From the NCBI GenBank assembly GCA_963789265.1, contig CAWBKB010000003.1:576001-640000 (forward strand): a stretch of 64,000 bases of DNA, in the 5' to 3' direction. The stretch's first letter is position 1. Every line of letters starts with the position of its first letter. Positions 10,647-20,279 of this stretch are shown here, in pieces. The translations under genes and the position numbers were made by a program. Under the pieces are notes generated by a model. The model was not told the origin of the DNA and ran no database searches. It saw only the letters and a list, made by a program, of their open reading frames with translations. The DNA is from an uncultured delta proteobacterium (lineage in GTDB: Bacteria; Desulfobacterota; Desulfomonilia; Desulfomonilales; Desulfomonilaceae).

Positions 10647-11296
10647 AGATGCCGGTAACAAATAAACCTAGCACCCAAGAAGCGTTGTTTCAGAGAACTC
10701 AGTACGCGAAAGGAGGTCTGACTCGTTGGTACTGGGACTTTAGAGATGCAGAAATTCTTACTTTGCTCGACGAGGATGATCGAAAAATCATCGATCTTGG
10801 ATGCGGGGAAGGGCTCACTCTACAAAAACTGATTCACCGATTTCCCTTGAGTGAGATCATGGGGATTGATCTGTTCGAAGAGAACGTTGCGATTTGTCAT
10901 GAGAATGATCTGCCGGTTAGGAAGGGTGATGTGTATGCGCTTGATGTGCCCGACAATAGCCTAGATGCGGTATTATTTTTGGAGGTCCTGGAACACTTGG
11001 ATCGGCCGGAAATGGCAATAGCGGAGATCCACAGGATTCTGAAACCAGGCGGAAAACTTGTGGTCCTCTTTCCGAACGATAGCTTCTTTAAGCTGGCGAG
11101 ACTCATGACATTCAAGTTCACAGAGGCTTTTTACGATCCAGGCCACGTAAAGCAGTGGACCCCAAGAGAGGCTCGAAAATTCTTGACAAAGGCCAATTTC
11201 TACGTCTACAGATCGAAATCAATTCCGTTTCTCTTCTGGCCGATTTGCCTGCACTGTCTCGTCGCTGCAAGAAAAACGCTTTTGACAGGTGGATAA
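10643..11296 (+). CDS. Class I SAM-dependent methyltransferase
   Basis: IIDLGCGEG, GID, GDVYAL, DAVLFLEVLEH, RILKPGG. Confidence 0.9.
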   Translation: MKMPVTNKPSTQEALFQRTQYAKGGLTRWYWDFRDAEILTLLDEDDRKIIDLGCGEGLTLQKLIHRFPLSEIMGIDLFEENVAICHENDLPVRKGDVYALDVPDNSLDAVLFLEVLEHLDRPEMAIAEIHRILKPGGKLVVLFPNDSFFKLARLMTFKFTEAFYDPGHVKQWTPREARKFLTKANFYVYRSKSIPFLFWPICLHCLVAARKTLLTGG

Positions 11297-11420
11297 GCGT
11301 TACTACGGATTCCTGTATGAAGGAATCGCTAGACCGCTTATTCTTACACTCTAAACCAATATAGCATAGCCCGGCTGACCCGGCGCCTCGGAAAACCGAG
11401 TCTGATTGGAGTAACATTTT

Positions 11421-12800
11421 TTGAAAGTTCTTTTTGTCAATGCGGTCGATCCTGCGTCAGAGGTTGAGAATCGTTTCAAACCGCTATGGCCTGCTTATTT
11501 GGCAGCCTACTGCAACGGGTTCCTCGCGAAGGGACAGGTTGAATTCCGGTTCCTAAGTGGAAAACTCGAAGAGCAACTCCAGACTTACGGGCCTGATGTA
11601 GTGGCGATAGGAGGAGTCACTCAGAATTTTCATCATGCGGTTCGGTGCGCGGCTGAGAGCAAGACCCGCGGGGCCGTGGTTATTGTCGGCGGCCCTCACA
11701 TATCCGCGTTGCCATCGTGTCTGTCTAACCACATGGACGTAGGCTGCATCGGGGAAGGCGAACAAACTTTCTTAGAATTGATGCAGATAGTCTTGAAGCA
11801 CGGCGGGCTTCCGGTCGACGCTCTCAGGGGTGTGAGAGGAATAGTGTTCCGCGCAGGCGATAGGCTGTCGAAGACTCCCGCTCGACCTCTTCTGGAAAAA
11901 ATCGATGCTATTCCACACCCTGATCGGTCGCTGGTCAAGGCATTCCAACCTCACTCTTACATGTTCACTTCGCGCGGTTGTCCGTACAAGTGCGTATTCT
12001 GCGCGTCATCTCGATTCTGGCAAAAAGTACGCTTTGCGTCAGCAGAATACATCTTGGAGGAAATCGAGCTACTCGCAGAAAAGGGCGCACGGACAATCAG
12101 CTTCTACGATGACCTGTTTGCCGTAAACAAACAAAGGCTCGAACGATTAGCAGATCTGCTTTCGAGCACCGGCGTAAATCGCAATCTGAGATTCACCTGC
12201 AGCCTCAGAGCCAATGTCGTTACCCGAGATTTGGTTGAGTTACTCAAGCGAATCAATATCGTATCCGTAGGTATGGGGCTAGAAAGCGGCTCGGACCGTA
12301 CACTTTCCTTCCTGAAAGGGAATGTGACCGTAGCGGATAACGACAAAGCGGTGAGACTACTCAAGGAGGCTGGCATCCAGGTCAACGCTTCTTTCGTGAT
12401 CGGGTCCCCCGACGAGACAGGAGCCGAAGTCATGGATACCTTCAGATTTATACGGCACAGCAGCCTCGACTTCGTTGACACATACGTGCTGACTCCATTG
12501 CCGGGGACCCCAATTTGGACTTTGGCGGCGAAACGGGGACTCGTGTCGGACGATATGGACTGGAGTCGCCTCAACGTAAACTTCGAGTATAGTTGGCGAA
12601 AAGCGGTCATAGTCTCGGAGAGGCTGAGCCGTGAGGACATTCGTAGGCTTTATATGAGGTTCCGACGTCAGAGGGTTTATCGCATCTTGAAAGCTCTGCC
12701 GAGGTCACCATGGCTTTCGGATGTTCCACGGGTAGCCTTTGGCATAATTCTGGAGAAGGCCCTCAGACTGGGCAGAAAGCTGTGGGGAACCGATGAATAG
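11421..12800 (+). CDS. B12-binding domain radical SAM protein
   Basis: PLWPAYLAAY, IVGGPHIS, GEGEQTF; TSRGCPYKCVFC; FYDDLF; GLESGS; FVIGSPDET; TPLPGT. Confidence 0.92.
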   Translation: MKVLFVNAVDPASEVENRFKPLWPAYLAAYCNGFLAKGQVEFRFLSGKLEEQLQTYGPDVVAIGGVTQNFHHAVRCAAESKTRGAVVIVGGPHISALPSCLSNHMDVGCIGEGEQTFLELMQIVLKHGGLPVDALRGVRGIVFRAGDRLSKTPARPLLEKIDAIPHPDRSLVKAFQPHSYMFTSRGCPYKCVFCASSRFWQKVRFASAEYILEEIELLAEKGARTISFYDDLFAVNKQRLERLADLLSSTGVNRNLRFTCSLRANVVTRDLVELLKRINIVSVGMGLESGSDRTLSFLKGNVTVADNDKAVRLLKEAGIQVNASFVIGSPDETGAEVMDTFRFIRHSSLDFVDTYVLTPLPGTPIWTLAAKRGLVSDDMDWSRLNVNFEYSWRKAVIVSERLSREDIRRLYMRFRRQRVYRILKALPRSPWLSDVPRVAFGIILEKALRLGRKLWGTDE

Positions 12801-12952
12801 GCATTTAATCATCGGTCCTGGGGCAACGACCTGAAAGTCAGTTTGAAAATCACACTTCGATCTGTCTCCCTACCTTGCACCATTGTTTCACCTTTTGGGT
12901 ACGACCTTGACTGCCTCAGCGGAATGGATATGGGCTTCTCAACATCATTAAT

Positions 12953-12999
12953 ACCCATCTTCGACAGTGCCCCATTTTGGGGCACTGTCGAAGATGGGT
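12953..12999. repeat. Perfect inverted repeat (21-bp arms), possible terminator or protein-binding hairpin
   Basis: acccatcttcgacagtgcccc-atttt-ggggcactgtcgaagatgggt. Confidence 0.75.
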
Positions 13000-13303
13000 C
13001 AGAAACATGCAAATAAGTTCCGCTCTTAGAGCTGTCACTGGAACTGAGGCTGTGGAACGCCGGATGACTTCTCTTTAATTCGCCAGCAAGAGATCCCGGG
13101 ACAAGCGTGATTATGTTTTCGGAATAAGAATTTCGGCAACTTGAAAGTCCGGGCCGGAAAACAGAATGTGAATACTGTACTTCGACAAAGAATTTGCGGC
13201 GAGCACCGCCCGGAGTTTTTCATGAAGCACGCAGAGAACTCGGTCATCGGCAGACTGTGGTTTATCAAGGTGTAATAAATAGAAAAGTAGAAAGTCATTC
13301 GGC

Positions 13304-15307
13304 ATGATGAATAAAGAATTTTCTAAAGAACAAATCAAGACCTATCTGCTCGTCGGACTGGCAGGGATTCACATCCTCATTTCTCTGTTCACTATTGTTC
13401 CAGGCTATCTTTCAATTGATGAGGCAATATACCATTGGATGGCAAGGGATTTCTCGGCCTCACGGACATTCGAGCTGTGGAACGGGTACCGGGAATTTCC
13501 TTCAGTAGAACTCGTGCACCATCATTTCCGCATTTTTGGGGATCATATAGTTCCTGCAACGCCCTATCTGTGGCCCCTCTTGAACCTTCCTCTGTACAGG
13601 CTCGTGGGCTTTTTCGGCCTGTTCGTTTTAAACAGCATCGCTTTCATAGTTTTGGTGGCAGTATGTTTTGCTTTGGCGAAAAAGATACTGAATGACCTAA
13701 ACTTGGCTCTCAATGCATCTCTCATCTTCATTTTCGGCACTTTTGCCTGGGAATACTCCCAGGCTGCCTGGCCCCACATTACTTCGATGCTATTTGCGAC
13801 TTCGGGATTCTATTTCGGAGTTTGCGGCTTCTATGCTGACACCCGAAGGCACGCTGTCCTGTACTCCCTTGCCGCAGGTTTACTTCTAGGATTGTCGCCC
13901 GGAATACGACTTGACGCAATAATTTTCCTCCCCTGCCTTCTTATGATTCTGCTTTTTGCCAAACCTTGCCGTTTTATGGAGGCAGCAGCGGTCTGTCTGG
14001 CCTCCGTCCCTGGATTGGCTGCGTTGAGTTTGACCAATTATTCTAAATTTGGGATGTTTGCACCTCTTTCTGTAGGAGGACCATCGATTTTCGGGGAGGT
14101 TGCCCCTTTTCCCGCAGCCTTAGCGACCATTTTAGGAATATTGCTCGTAATTGTTTGGCTGGTAAGCCGTTCGTCTGTAGATTTATTCGATTGGAACAAT
14201 CAAAAGAAATTCGCAATAGGTTTGCTGTCCCTTCTAGTATTGGCGCTTGCGATTCCTTACACGCGCAATATCCTTTTGAAGGAAGCTTCTCAGGCATACA
14301 CGATGATCGTTGATTTGCGAATTCTCGACTTGAGCATCGTTAAGCCGGCATTGACCCGCTCCGCCGGGGGTGGAGTGGTCTATATTGGAGGGCAAAAGAA
14401 AGCACTGTTGCAAAGCCTTCCATACCTTGTCATCTTGCTGATTCCACTTCTAAAGATGGTACGCGGAGATAGCGATTTCTCTCGACTCTGCATTCTTGCC
14501 ATTGTTCCTGTTGCATTTGTCGTTTTCTTCACCCACTATAACGATAATGGCGGTCTGTGCCTCAATTTGCGTTACCTGCTGCCTATATTGCCATTCACCT
14601 CTATTCTGACTGCGTACACTTTACGCGATTTATTTCGTCAAACTGACAGGAAGTTTCATTTTATTACTTTTGAGTTAATCGGTTTGGTCACAGCCTTTAT
14701 TTTCTTCCTTTTCACCCGGCGAATTTTCATTACAATTGACCAACAGGAATTCCCCATTTTGATCATTCCGCTGATCTTGGCCGGACTGTTGACCCTTTTG
14801 CTTGCTACAAGGGTAGTGTCTAAACGCGAAACATGGAAATTGATACCTGCGGTGGCGGTTGTCGTCTTCTTTATTGCCCTGGAGTGGGCCGGCTTGATGG
14901 CCTTTTTTTATGATTTTCCGCATCATCGACAACAACGTATACAAAATTTCACATTCGGCGGGGAAGTTGCACAAATTATCCCCAGCGATTCAATCTTCTT
15001 TACATATCCTTACATAGACGGGGTGTTGCGGCTCATTGACAGCAAACGAGTTCGTATTGCCTTTCCGGGCCAGGACGGATTCAGAGACGTTCCAAAGCTG
15101 GTTGCATTTCATCTGAACGCGGGACGACGAGTATTCGCGATGTTTCCACAGTCTTTGTGGAAACAACTGGAGAAGGGACCTCTGGCCATGTACCGCGTTC
15201 GGGCGTTGCGTCCCGCCGGTTATCTTCTACTTGCGGAGATCTCTCCTCGAGAACCAAGAAGTTCCTCCAAAGCTGGAGCGCCAGACGCAAACAATGCAGG
15301 ACGCTAG
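13304..15307 (+). CDS. GT-C fold membrane glycosyltransferase (ArnT/PMT-like)
   Basis: First-loop SIDEAIY acidic pair, more than 12 TM segments, late LRYLLP motif, periplasmic C-terminal domain. Confidence 0.75.
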   Translation: MMNKEFSKEQIKTYLLVGLAGIHILISLFTIVPGYLSIDEAIYHWMARDFSASRTFELWNGYREFPSVELVHHHFRIFGDHIVPATPYLWPLLNLPLYRLVGFFGLFVLNSIAFIVLVAVCFALAKKILNDLNLALNASLIFIFGTFAWEYSQAAWPHITSMLFATSGFYFGVCGFYADTRRHAVLYSLAAGLLLGLSPGIRLDAIIFLPCLLMILLFAKPCRFMEAAAVCLASVPGLAALSLTNYSKFGMFAPLSVGGPSIFGEVAPFPAALATILGILLVIVWLVSRSSVDLFDWNNQKKFAIGLLSLLVLALAIPYTRNILLKEASQAYTMIVDLRILDLSIVKPALTRSAGGGVVYIGGQKKALLQSLPYLVILLIPLLKMVRGDSDFSRLCILAIVPVAFVVFFTHYNDNGGLCLNLRYLLPILPFTSILTAYTLRDLFRQTDRKFHFITFELIGLVTAFIFFLFTRRIFITIDQQEFPILIIPLILAGLLTLLLATRVVSKRETWKLIPAVAVVVFFIALEWAGLMAFFYDFPHHRQQRIQNFTFGGEVAQIIPSDSIFFTYPYIDGVLRLIDSKRVRIAFPGQDGFRDVPKLVAFHLNAGRRVFAMFPQSLWKQLEKGPLAMYRVRALRPAGYLLLAEISPREPRSSSKAGAPDANNAGR

Positions 15308-15488
15308 TTAGTTTGAGAAAGGAAATGTCTGTGGTACCAAAAGCCGCATCTTCTTGACTATCACCCCAAACGGGAAAAGTGACGTCTCAGAGCCTTATAT
15401 AGTCCTTGTAAACGGCGAGCAGCCTGGTTGGCACCGATCAGGAGAGATCTAATACCATTTCGCTTTCGAACAAGTGACACGTCTTTCC

Positions 15489-15670
15489 AGTGGGACAGGC
15501 ATCCTGCCTGTCGTTATGCCCGCGGACGCGGCTGTAGGGGCGAATGGCATTCACCCCAGGCGACCGCCGGTCGCCCCTACCATCCCGGGATCGGAGTCCG
15601 GGGTGATCCCACGGAACGCGGGACAGGCAATCCCGCGTTTTGCGCGGGATGCCTCACCATGCCTTGTCCA
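15489..15670. repeat. Nested REP-like hairpin cluster
   Basis: gtgggacaggcatcctgcctgtc; gtaggggcgaatggcattcacccc..ggtcgcccctac; cccgggatcggagtccgggg; tcccacggaacgcggga; tcccgcgttttgcgcggga. Confidence 0.8.
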
Positions 15671-15874
15671 TGATGGTTACTTGTTTGATAGCGCATTAGT
15701 ATAAGCTGGCTCGAGGCATTTCACATGGCACAGGTGTGAACCCGGAACAGCGAGATTTCCTTGAAAATCGCCATTGCAACTTCCTGCTTTCCATTGTAGC
15801 CTTACACAAAATTGTCTGACGTGAAATTCGTATGTCATGCATTTGTTGTCACTTTCCCTACAAGGAGGGGATTT

Positions 15875-16195
15875 ATGGCCGCAGACACCGTAAAGTGCCC
15901 ACATTGCTTTGGTGATAAACCCGCGGCAGCTAAAGTGTGTCTTCATTGTGGGCGGGACGAGCAGGGATTCGGCCCCATGCTGCCAAGCTCAGCGGTAGGG
16001 GGATCGGGCCACGCCTTCCCAAAGAGGAAAAGGTTAGCGGCCGATCTGAGAACCCACGTGATTCTCGCCGCTATTGTGGCTGCTGTAGGTTTTTTAATTA
16101 TGCTGTCGTCAGGTCTTGGGGCTCTGTTGTTTATTGTTGGGGTTGTTTGGCTCTTGACTACGAGAGTCCGAATCTGGTGGCGGCAACAACAATGA
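15875..16195 (+). CDS. Small zinc-ribbon membrane protein
   Basis: SD aaggagg; CPHC..CLHC zinc ribbon followed by two TM helices. Confidence 0.7.
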   Translation: MAADTVKCPHCFGDKPAAAKVCLHCGRDEQGFGPMLPSSAVGGSGHAFPKRKRLAADLRTHVILAAIVAAVGFLIMLSSGLGALLFIVGVVWLLTTRVRIWWRQQQ

Positions 16196-16204
16196 AGAAG
16201 TCAT

Positions 16205-16547
16205 TCACCGCAGAGATTCCAGAGAATTTCATCAACCGCAGATGACACAGATGAAGATACTGGAGAATTTTGTTTTTCTTCCTGTCTTTGCCAAAAGTTG
16301 ACTGATTGACACCGTCACCCCGGACTCCGATCCGGGGTCCAGCCAAGAGCGGCGCGGAGGCAGGTTCTACTGGATTCCCGCGTACGCGAGAATGACGGCA
16401 AGACGTCCGTCGCGACGCGTGTTCGGCATTATTGGGGTTGGGCGGCCAAAAAGGACATTACTTTTGGCAAAGCTATAAATACCCCAGGGTTTGCAAGCTA
16501 TATAACTGCTACCATTTATTTCTCTGCGGTCTCAGCGTATCCTGCGT
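16205..16547. repeat. CGCAGAG-periodic inverted arms enclosing the TTGCCAAAAGT-TIR element (16286-16478)
   Basis: tcaccgcagagattccagag..tctctgcggtctcagcgtatcctgcg; inner ctttgccaaaagt/acttttggcaaag. Confidence 0.75.
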
Positions 16548-16660
16548 CTCGCCGAACCGCAATCCCGCGCGGACCGCGGGATTGATTGCCCGCGGCAACG
16601 CTGGAATGTTATGGTGCGCCGAAGAATTGGCGGCTTGTCTGATGCGCTGGAGGTGTAGGC

Positions 16661-17653
16661 TTGACCGGTAAGAGGATTCTCGTCATAGGGGGAGCCGGAT
16701 ACGTCGGGTCACATTTCGCCCTGTACGCTGTGAAATCCGGATTCGAGGTTACAGTTCTGGACAATCTCTCGACCGGGCATCGGGCCGCGGTGCGGGGAAC
16801 CGGCTTTGTAAAAGGTGATCTGAATGAAAGCGGCTTCCTCCGAGAGCGCCTTTCGCGAAACTCGTACGCGGCTATTTTTCATTTTGCGGCAAGCTGCCTT
16901 GTCGGCGAATCGGTTTCCAATCCCGCGCAATACTATCAAAACAATGTGGTAGCCGCGTTTAACATGCTGGAAGCAATGCGGGCCACGGGTCACGATCGGC
17001 TGATCTTTTCGTCTAGCTGCGCGGTATACGGCGAACCGTCCAAACTTCCGCTCAGGGAGGATCATCCAAAGAACCCCATTTCGCCTTATGGCCGCACGAA
17101 GCTGGCGATCGAATGGATGCTCGAAGATTATCAGAGGGCTTATGGTATCCGCTTTGCAAGCCTCAGATACTTCAATGCAGCCGGCTGCGAACCCGGTGAG
17201 GGGCTGGGAGAATGTCACCGACCGGAAACACATCTGATCCCGAATATCGTTCGATATGCCTTAAAGCTGGACAAAGAACTCGTAATCTTTGGAAACGATT
17301 ACCCCACCTCAGACGGGACATGCATACGAGATTACATTCATGTTACGGACCTTGCCGAGGCCCATATCAAAGCATTGCGGAAACTCGACGATCTGCCCTT
17401 CCTTCAGCTAAACCTCGGTACAGGGGCCGGATTTTCGAATTTCGAACTGGTCAACGCGGTGGGCTGTGCCGCAGGGGTTGAACTAACACCGGCCATCGGA
17501 CCGAGACGGCCCGGTGACCCGCCTGAACTGGTCGCGGACCCGAGCGAAGCGCGTCGTTTGCTGGACTGGCGTCCTACGAGATCAGCCATCAATGACATTG
17601 TGACAGAGGTCTTGCATTGGGTGTCAGTTCATCCGGACGGGTACTCGGGTTGA
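16661..17653 (+). CDS. galE: UDP-glucose 4-epimerase
   Basis: GGAGYVGSH, DNLSTGH, HFAA..VGESV, SSSCAVYG, SPYGRTK, LRYFNAAG, ETHLIP, DGTCIRDYIHV, RRPGDP. Confidence 0.95.
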   Translation: MTGKRILVIGGAGYVGSHFALYAVKSGFEVTVLDNLSTGHRAAVRGTGFVKGDLNESGFLRERLSRNSYAAIFHFAASCLVGESVSNPAQYYQNNVVAAFNMLEAMRATGHDRLIFSSSCAVYGEPSKLPLREDHPKNPISPYGRTKLAIEWMLEDYQRAYGIRFASLRYFNAAGCEPGEGLGECHRPETHLIPNIVRYALKLDKELVIFGNDYPTSDGTCIRDYIHVTDLAEAHIKALRKLDDLPFLQLNLGTGAGFSNFELVNAVGCAAGVELTPAIGPRRPGDPPELVADPSEARRLLDWRPTRSAINDIVTEVLHWVSVHPDGYSG

Positions 17654-17684
17654 AGCGATACGTGCAACTGCAATTGATGTTTTG

Positions 17685-18056
17685 GAAACTGTCTCAAAAT
17701 CAAACCATGAACGAAATTCGTAGCACGATGCTCCCCTATTCTCGGCAATCCCGCGTTCCGCGTGGGACCGGGCTACTATCTGCGGTCCCTCCGGGACGCT
17801 TGCATTTAGGCCCCGTCGGGGCGATAGAAAGTAGACCGATGCTTCAGAAAGTGTCTTAAAAACAATGAAGCGGTCGGAATCGTAGCACGAATCCCTCACC
17901 CTGTGTCCCTCTCCCAGAGGGCGAGGGAAGTGCAAAACTGCCCTGGATCTGCTCCCTCTCCCTCTGGGAGAGGGTTGGGGTGAGGGCGACGACTATACGA
18001 ATGAGCCTGAATCGTGGCACGATTTCGGGCATCAAAATAGTTTTGAGACACTTTCT
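17685..18056. mobile_element. MITE-like element(s) with AGAAAGTGTCTCAAAA ends and internal hairpins
   Basis: agaaagtgtcttaaaa (17846) / ttttgagacactttct (18041-18056); extra left end at 17685; subterminal tcgtRgcacga; inner ccctcaccc..ccctctcccagagggcgaggg pair. Confidence 0.7.
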
Positions 18057-18073
18057 TTAACTCCAGGAGAAAT

Positions 18074-19072
18074 ATGGCTGTTATTCTTGTTACCGGGACT
18101 GCGGGCTTCATCGGATTTCATGTGGCAAAGGCCCTGCTGGCAGGCGGTGAAACCGTGGTAGGTCTGGACAATTTCAATTCTTATTATGCTCCGGAATTGA
18201 AACGGGCACGCACCGAAGTCCTTTCCCGGGAAAAGAATTTCTTCTCTGTTGAGAGAGATTTGACGGACCGTGACGCTATTCAGCAGATCTTCAAGGAATT
18301 CTTGCCCGAATTGGTTTGCCACTTGGCCGCGCAGGCCGGCGTGAGGTATTCCCTTAGGAACCCTTATTCTTATCAGCAATCCAATCTCGAAGGATTTGTG
18401 AACCTGATTGAAGAGGCGCGTTTATTGCCCGTAAAGCGGTTTGTGTACGCGTCCAGCTCAAGCGTATACGGTGGAAACACGAAAATGCCGTATTCCGAAG
18501 ACGATCCCGTCAACACACCGATAAGCCTCTACGCGGCCACCAAACGGGCGAACGAACTTATCGCCTACACTTATACTCATCTTTGGGGACTTCAAACGGT
18601 CGGGTTGAGATTCTTTACCGTTTATGGCCCCTGGGGACGGCCCGATATGGCCTATTGGTCTTTCCTGGAGGCGATTGTCAACTCCGAGCCGATAAGAGTC
18701 TATAACTACGGGAAGAACAGCCGCGATTTCACTTATATCGACGACATAATCCCGGGAGTTACGGCTGCTTTATATCATGACAATCTTGGAGCGTACGAAA
18801 TTATCAACCTGGGAAACAACCATCCGGTGCAGGTGATGGAATTTATAGGGGCCCTGGAAGATCTTTCGGGAGCGATTGCCATAAAGGAAATGGTGCCTCC
18901 TCAGCCTGGAGACGTGGTGGCCACCTACGCAGATATCAGCAAGGCCAAAGCCAAACTCGGCTTTTCTCCTGGAACATCTTTGAAAGACGGGCTGAAGCAC
19001 TTCGTAGACTGGTATCGGCATAAGCCGGAACTCGTCCGCGCGGTCCGACGGTTTCGTTCATCAAAAATATAA
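18074..19072 (+). CDS. NAD-dependent epimerase, UDP-glucuronate 4-epimerase family
   Basis: GTAGFIG, HLAAQAGVRYSL, YASSSSVYG, SLYAATK, LRFFTVYGPWGRPDMA, RDFTYIDD, QPGDV. Confidence 0.92.
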   Translation: MAVILVTGTAGFIGFHVAKALLAGGETVVGLDNFNSYYAPELKRARTEVLSREKNFFSVERDLTDRDAIQQIFKEFLPELVCHLAAQAGVRYSLRNPYSYQQSNLEGFVNLIEEARLLPVKRFVYASSSSVYGGNTKMPYSEDDPVNTPISLYAATKRANELIAYTYTHLWGLQTVGLRFFTVYGPWGRPDMAYWSFLEAIVNSEPIRVYNYGKNSRDFTYIDDIIPGVTAALYHDNLGAYEIINLGNNHPVQVMEFIGALEDLSGAIAIKEMVPPQPGDVVATYADISKAKAKLGFSPGTSLKDGLKHFVDWYRHKPELVRAVRRFRSSKI

Positions 19073-19083
19073 TGCTAAAAGTC

Positions 19084-19264
19084 ATCGCGGAGAACGCAGA
19101 GACCGCAGAGAATTCTGATTTCGGTGCACGTTTATCCGACGGAGCACGGCACATTCCGGTCTATGACAGCGAAAGCAATCCTCGCTTGGTTATACCCGGC
19201 TGTGACTCACATGAAGCTGAATAAGCCATCTTTTTCTCCGCGTTCTCGGCGCACTCTGCGGTGA
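19084..19264. repeat. CGCAGAG-periodic inverted-arm element
   Basis: atcgcggagaacgcagagaccgcagag .. ctccgcgttctcggcgcactctgcggtga. Confidence 0.8.
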
Positions 19265-19283
19265 ATATGTTCTCTTGAAGGCG

Positions 19284-20064
19284 CTATGCGTCCAACGCGT
19301 ACAGCGCGGCCCCCAGAGCTCCTGTTATCTGAGGATGCGGCGGGACCAACACGGGCTTACCGATCTCCTCTTTTATTAGTTCCGCCAGGAACGGGTTGTG
19401 CTGTATCACACCTCCGGTGAGGACTACTGTGTCGGTGAGGGTGTCCATTTCCAGTATTCGCTTGACGACGGAACGAAAAAGTCCGCGGACTATTCTAGGC
19501 ACGGGGTGCCCAGCTTTTATCTTCTCAAGGACCTCGGTCGCGGAAAACACAGGTACAATAGCTTCCAAGAGCCACCTCGCCATCTGCGGTTCGTGCCAGA
19601 TCGTCCAATTGTTCCAGGGGCAACCGCAGACGAAGGGCCATCTCTTCAAGAAAGGCTCCTGTTCCTGCCGCGCACTTTCTGTTCATCTTGAAGCTGACTC
19701 GCTGTCCGTGCACATCCAATTTGATGATCTTGTTGTCTTGCCCCCCTATGTCCACCACGGTAATCGGACCGGGAAAGAAATAGAGGCAGCCACGGCCGTG
19801 ACATGAGATCTCAGTAAGATTCCCCGTGGAGATCGAAACGCTCTTTCTGCCATAACCTGTGGACACGATGGATGTGACTTGTCCATTGCTGAGACCCGTT
19901 TCTCTTAGGCACACTTCCCACGCCCGCTGCGACGCGGCCTGAAAATCGGTTCCGGAATAGATGACGCTGCTCGCGAGCACTCGGAGCTCACGGTCAATGA
20001 TGACTGCCTTGGTTGTGCAGGAGCCGACGTCAACTCCGCCGGCAAATTTGTGGTTCGAATTCAT
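19284..20064 (-). CDS. Acyl-CoA dehydratase activase (HgdC/HadI type ATPase); frameshift near 19550
   Basis: GVDVGSCTTK, STGYGR, TEISCH, DIGGQDNK, MNRKCAAGTGAFLE, SYCT-VFSATEV, LTGGV, GALGAAL. Confidence 0.9.
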
Positions 20065-20067
20065 GGC

Positions 20068-20250
20068 TCACCGCAGAAACCGCAGAGATCGCGGAGCATT
20101 CTTCTTTTCTATGAAATTCTCTCGATGAAAACATGGTGCATCCGGATCTGCGACAATGAAATCATGCCGGGCTGAGTGCGCGGCCACGTGGATGATGCTG
20201 CAATGTGCAAACCGTATTTTTCTCAGCGTTCTCCGCGCGCTCTGCGGTGA
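20068..20250. repeat. CGCAGAG-periodic inverted-arm element
   Basis: tcaccgcagaaaccgcagagatcgcggag .. tctcagcgttctccgcgcgctctgcggtga. Confidence 0.8.
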
Positions 20251-20279
20251 ATCTTGCTTACCCCATGAAGGATTACGTT

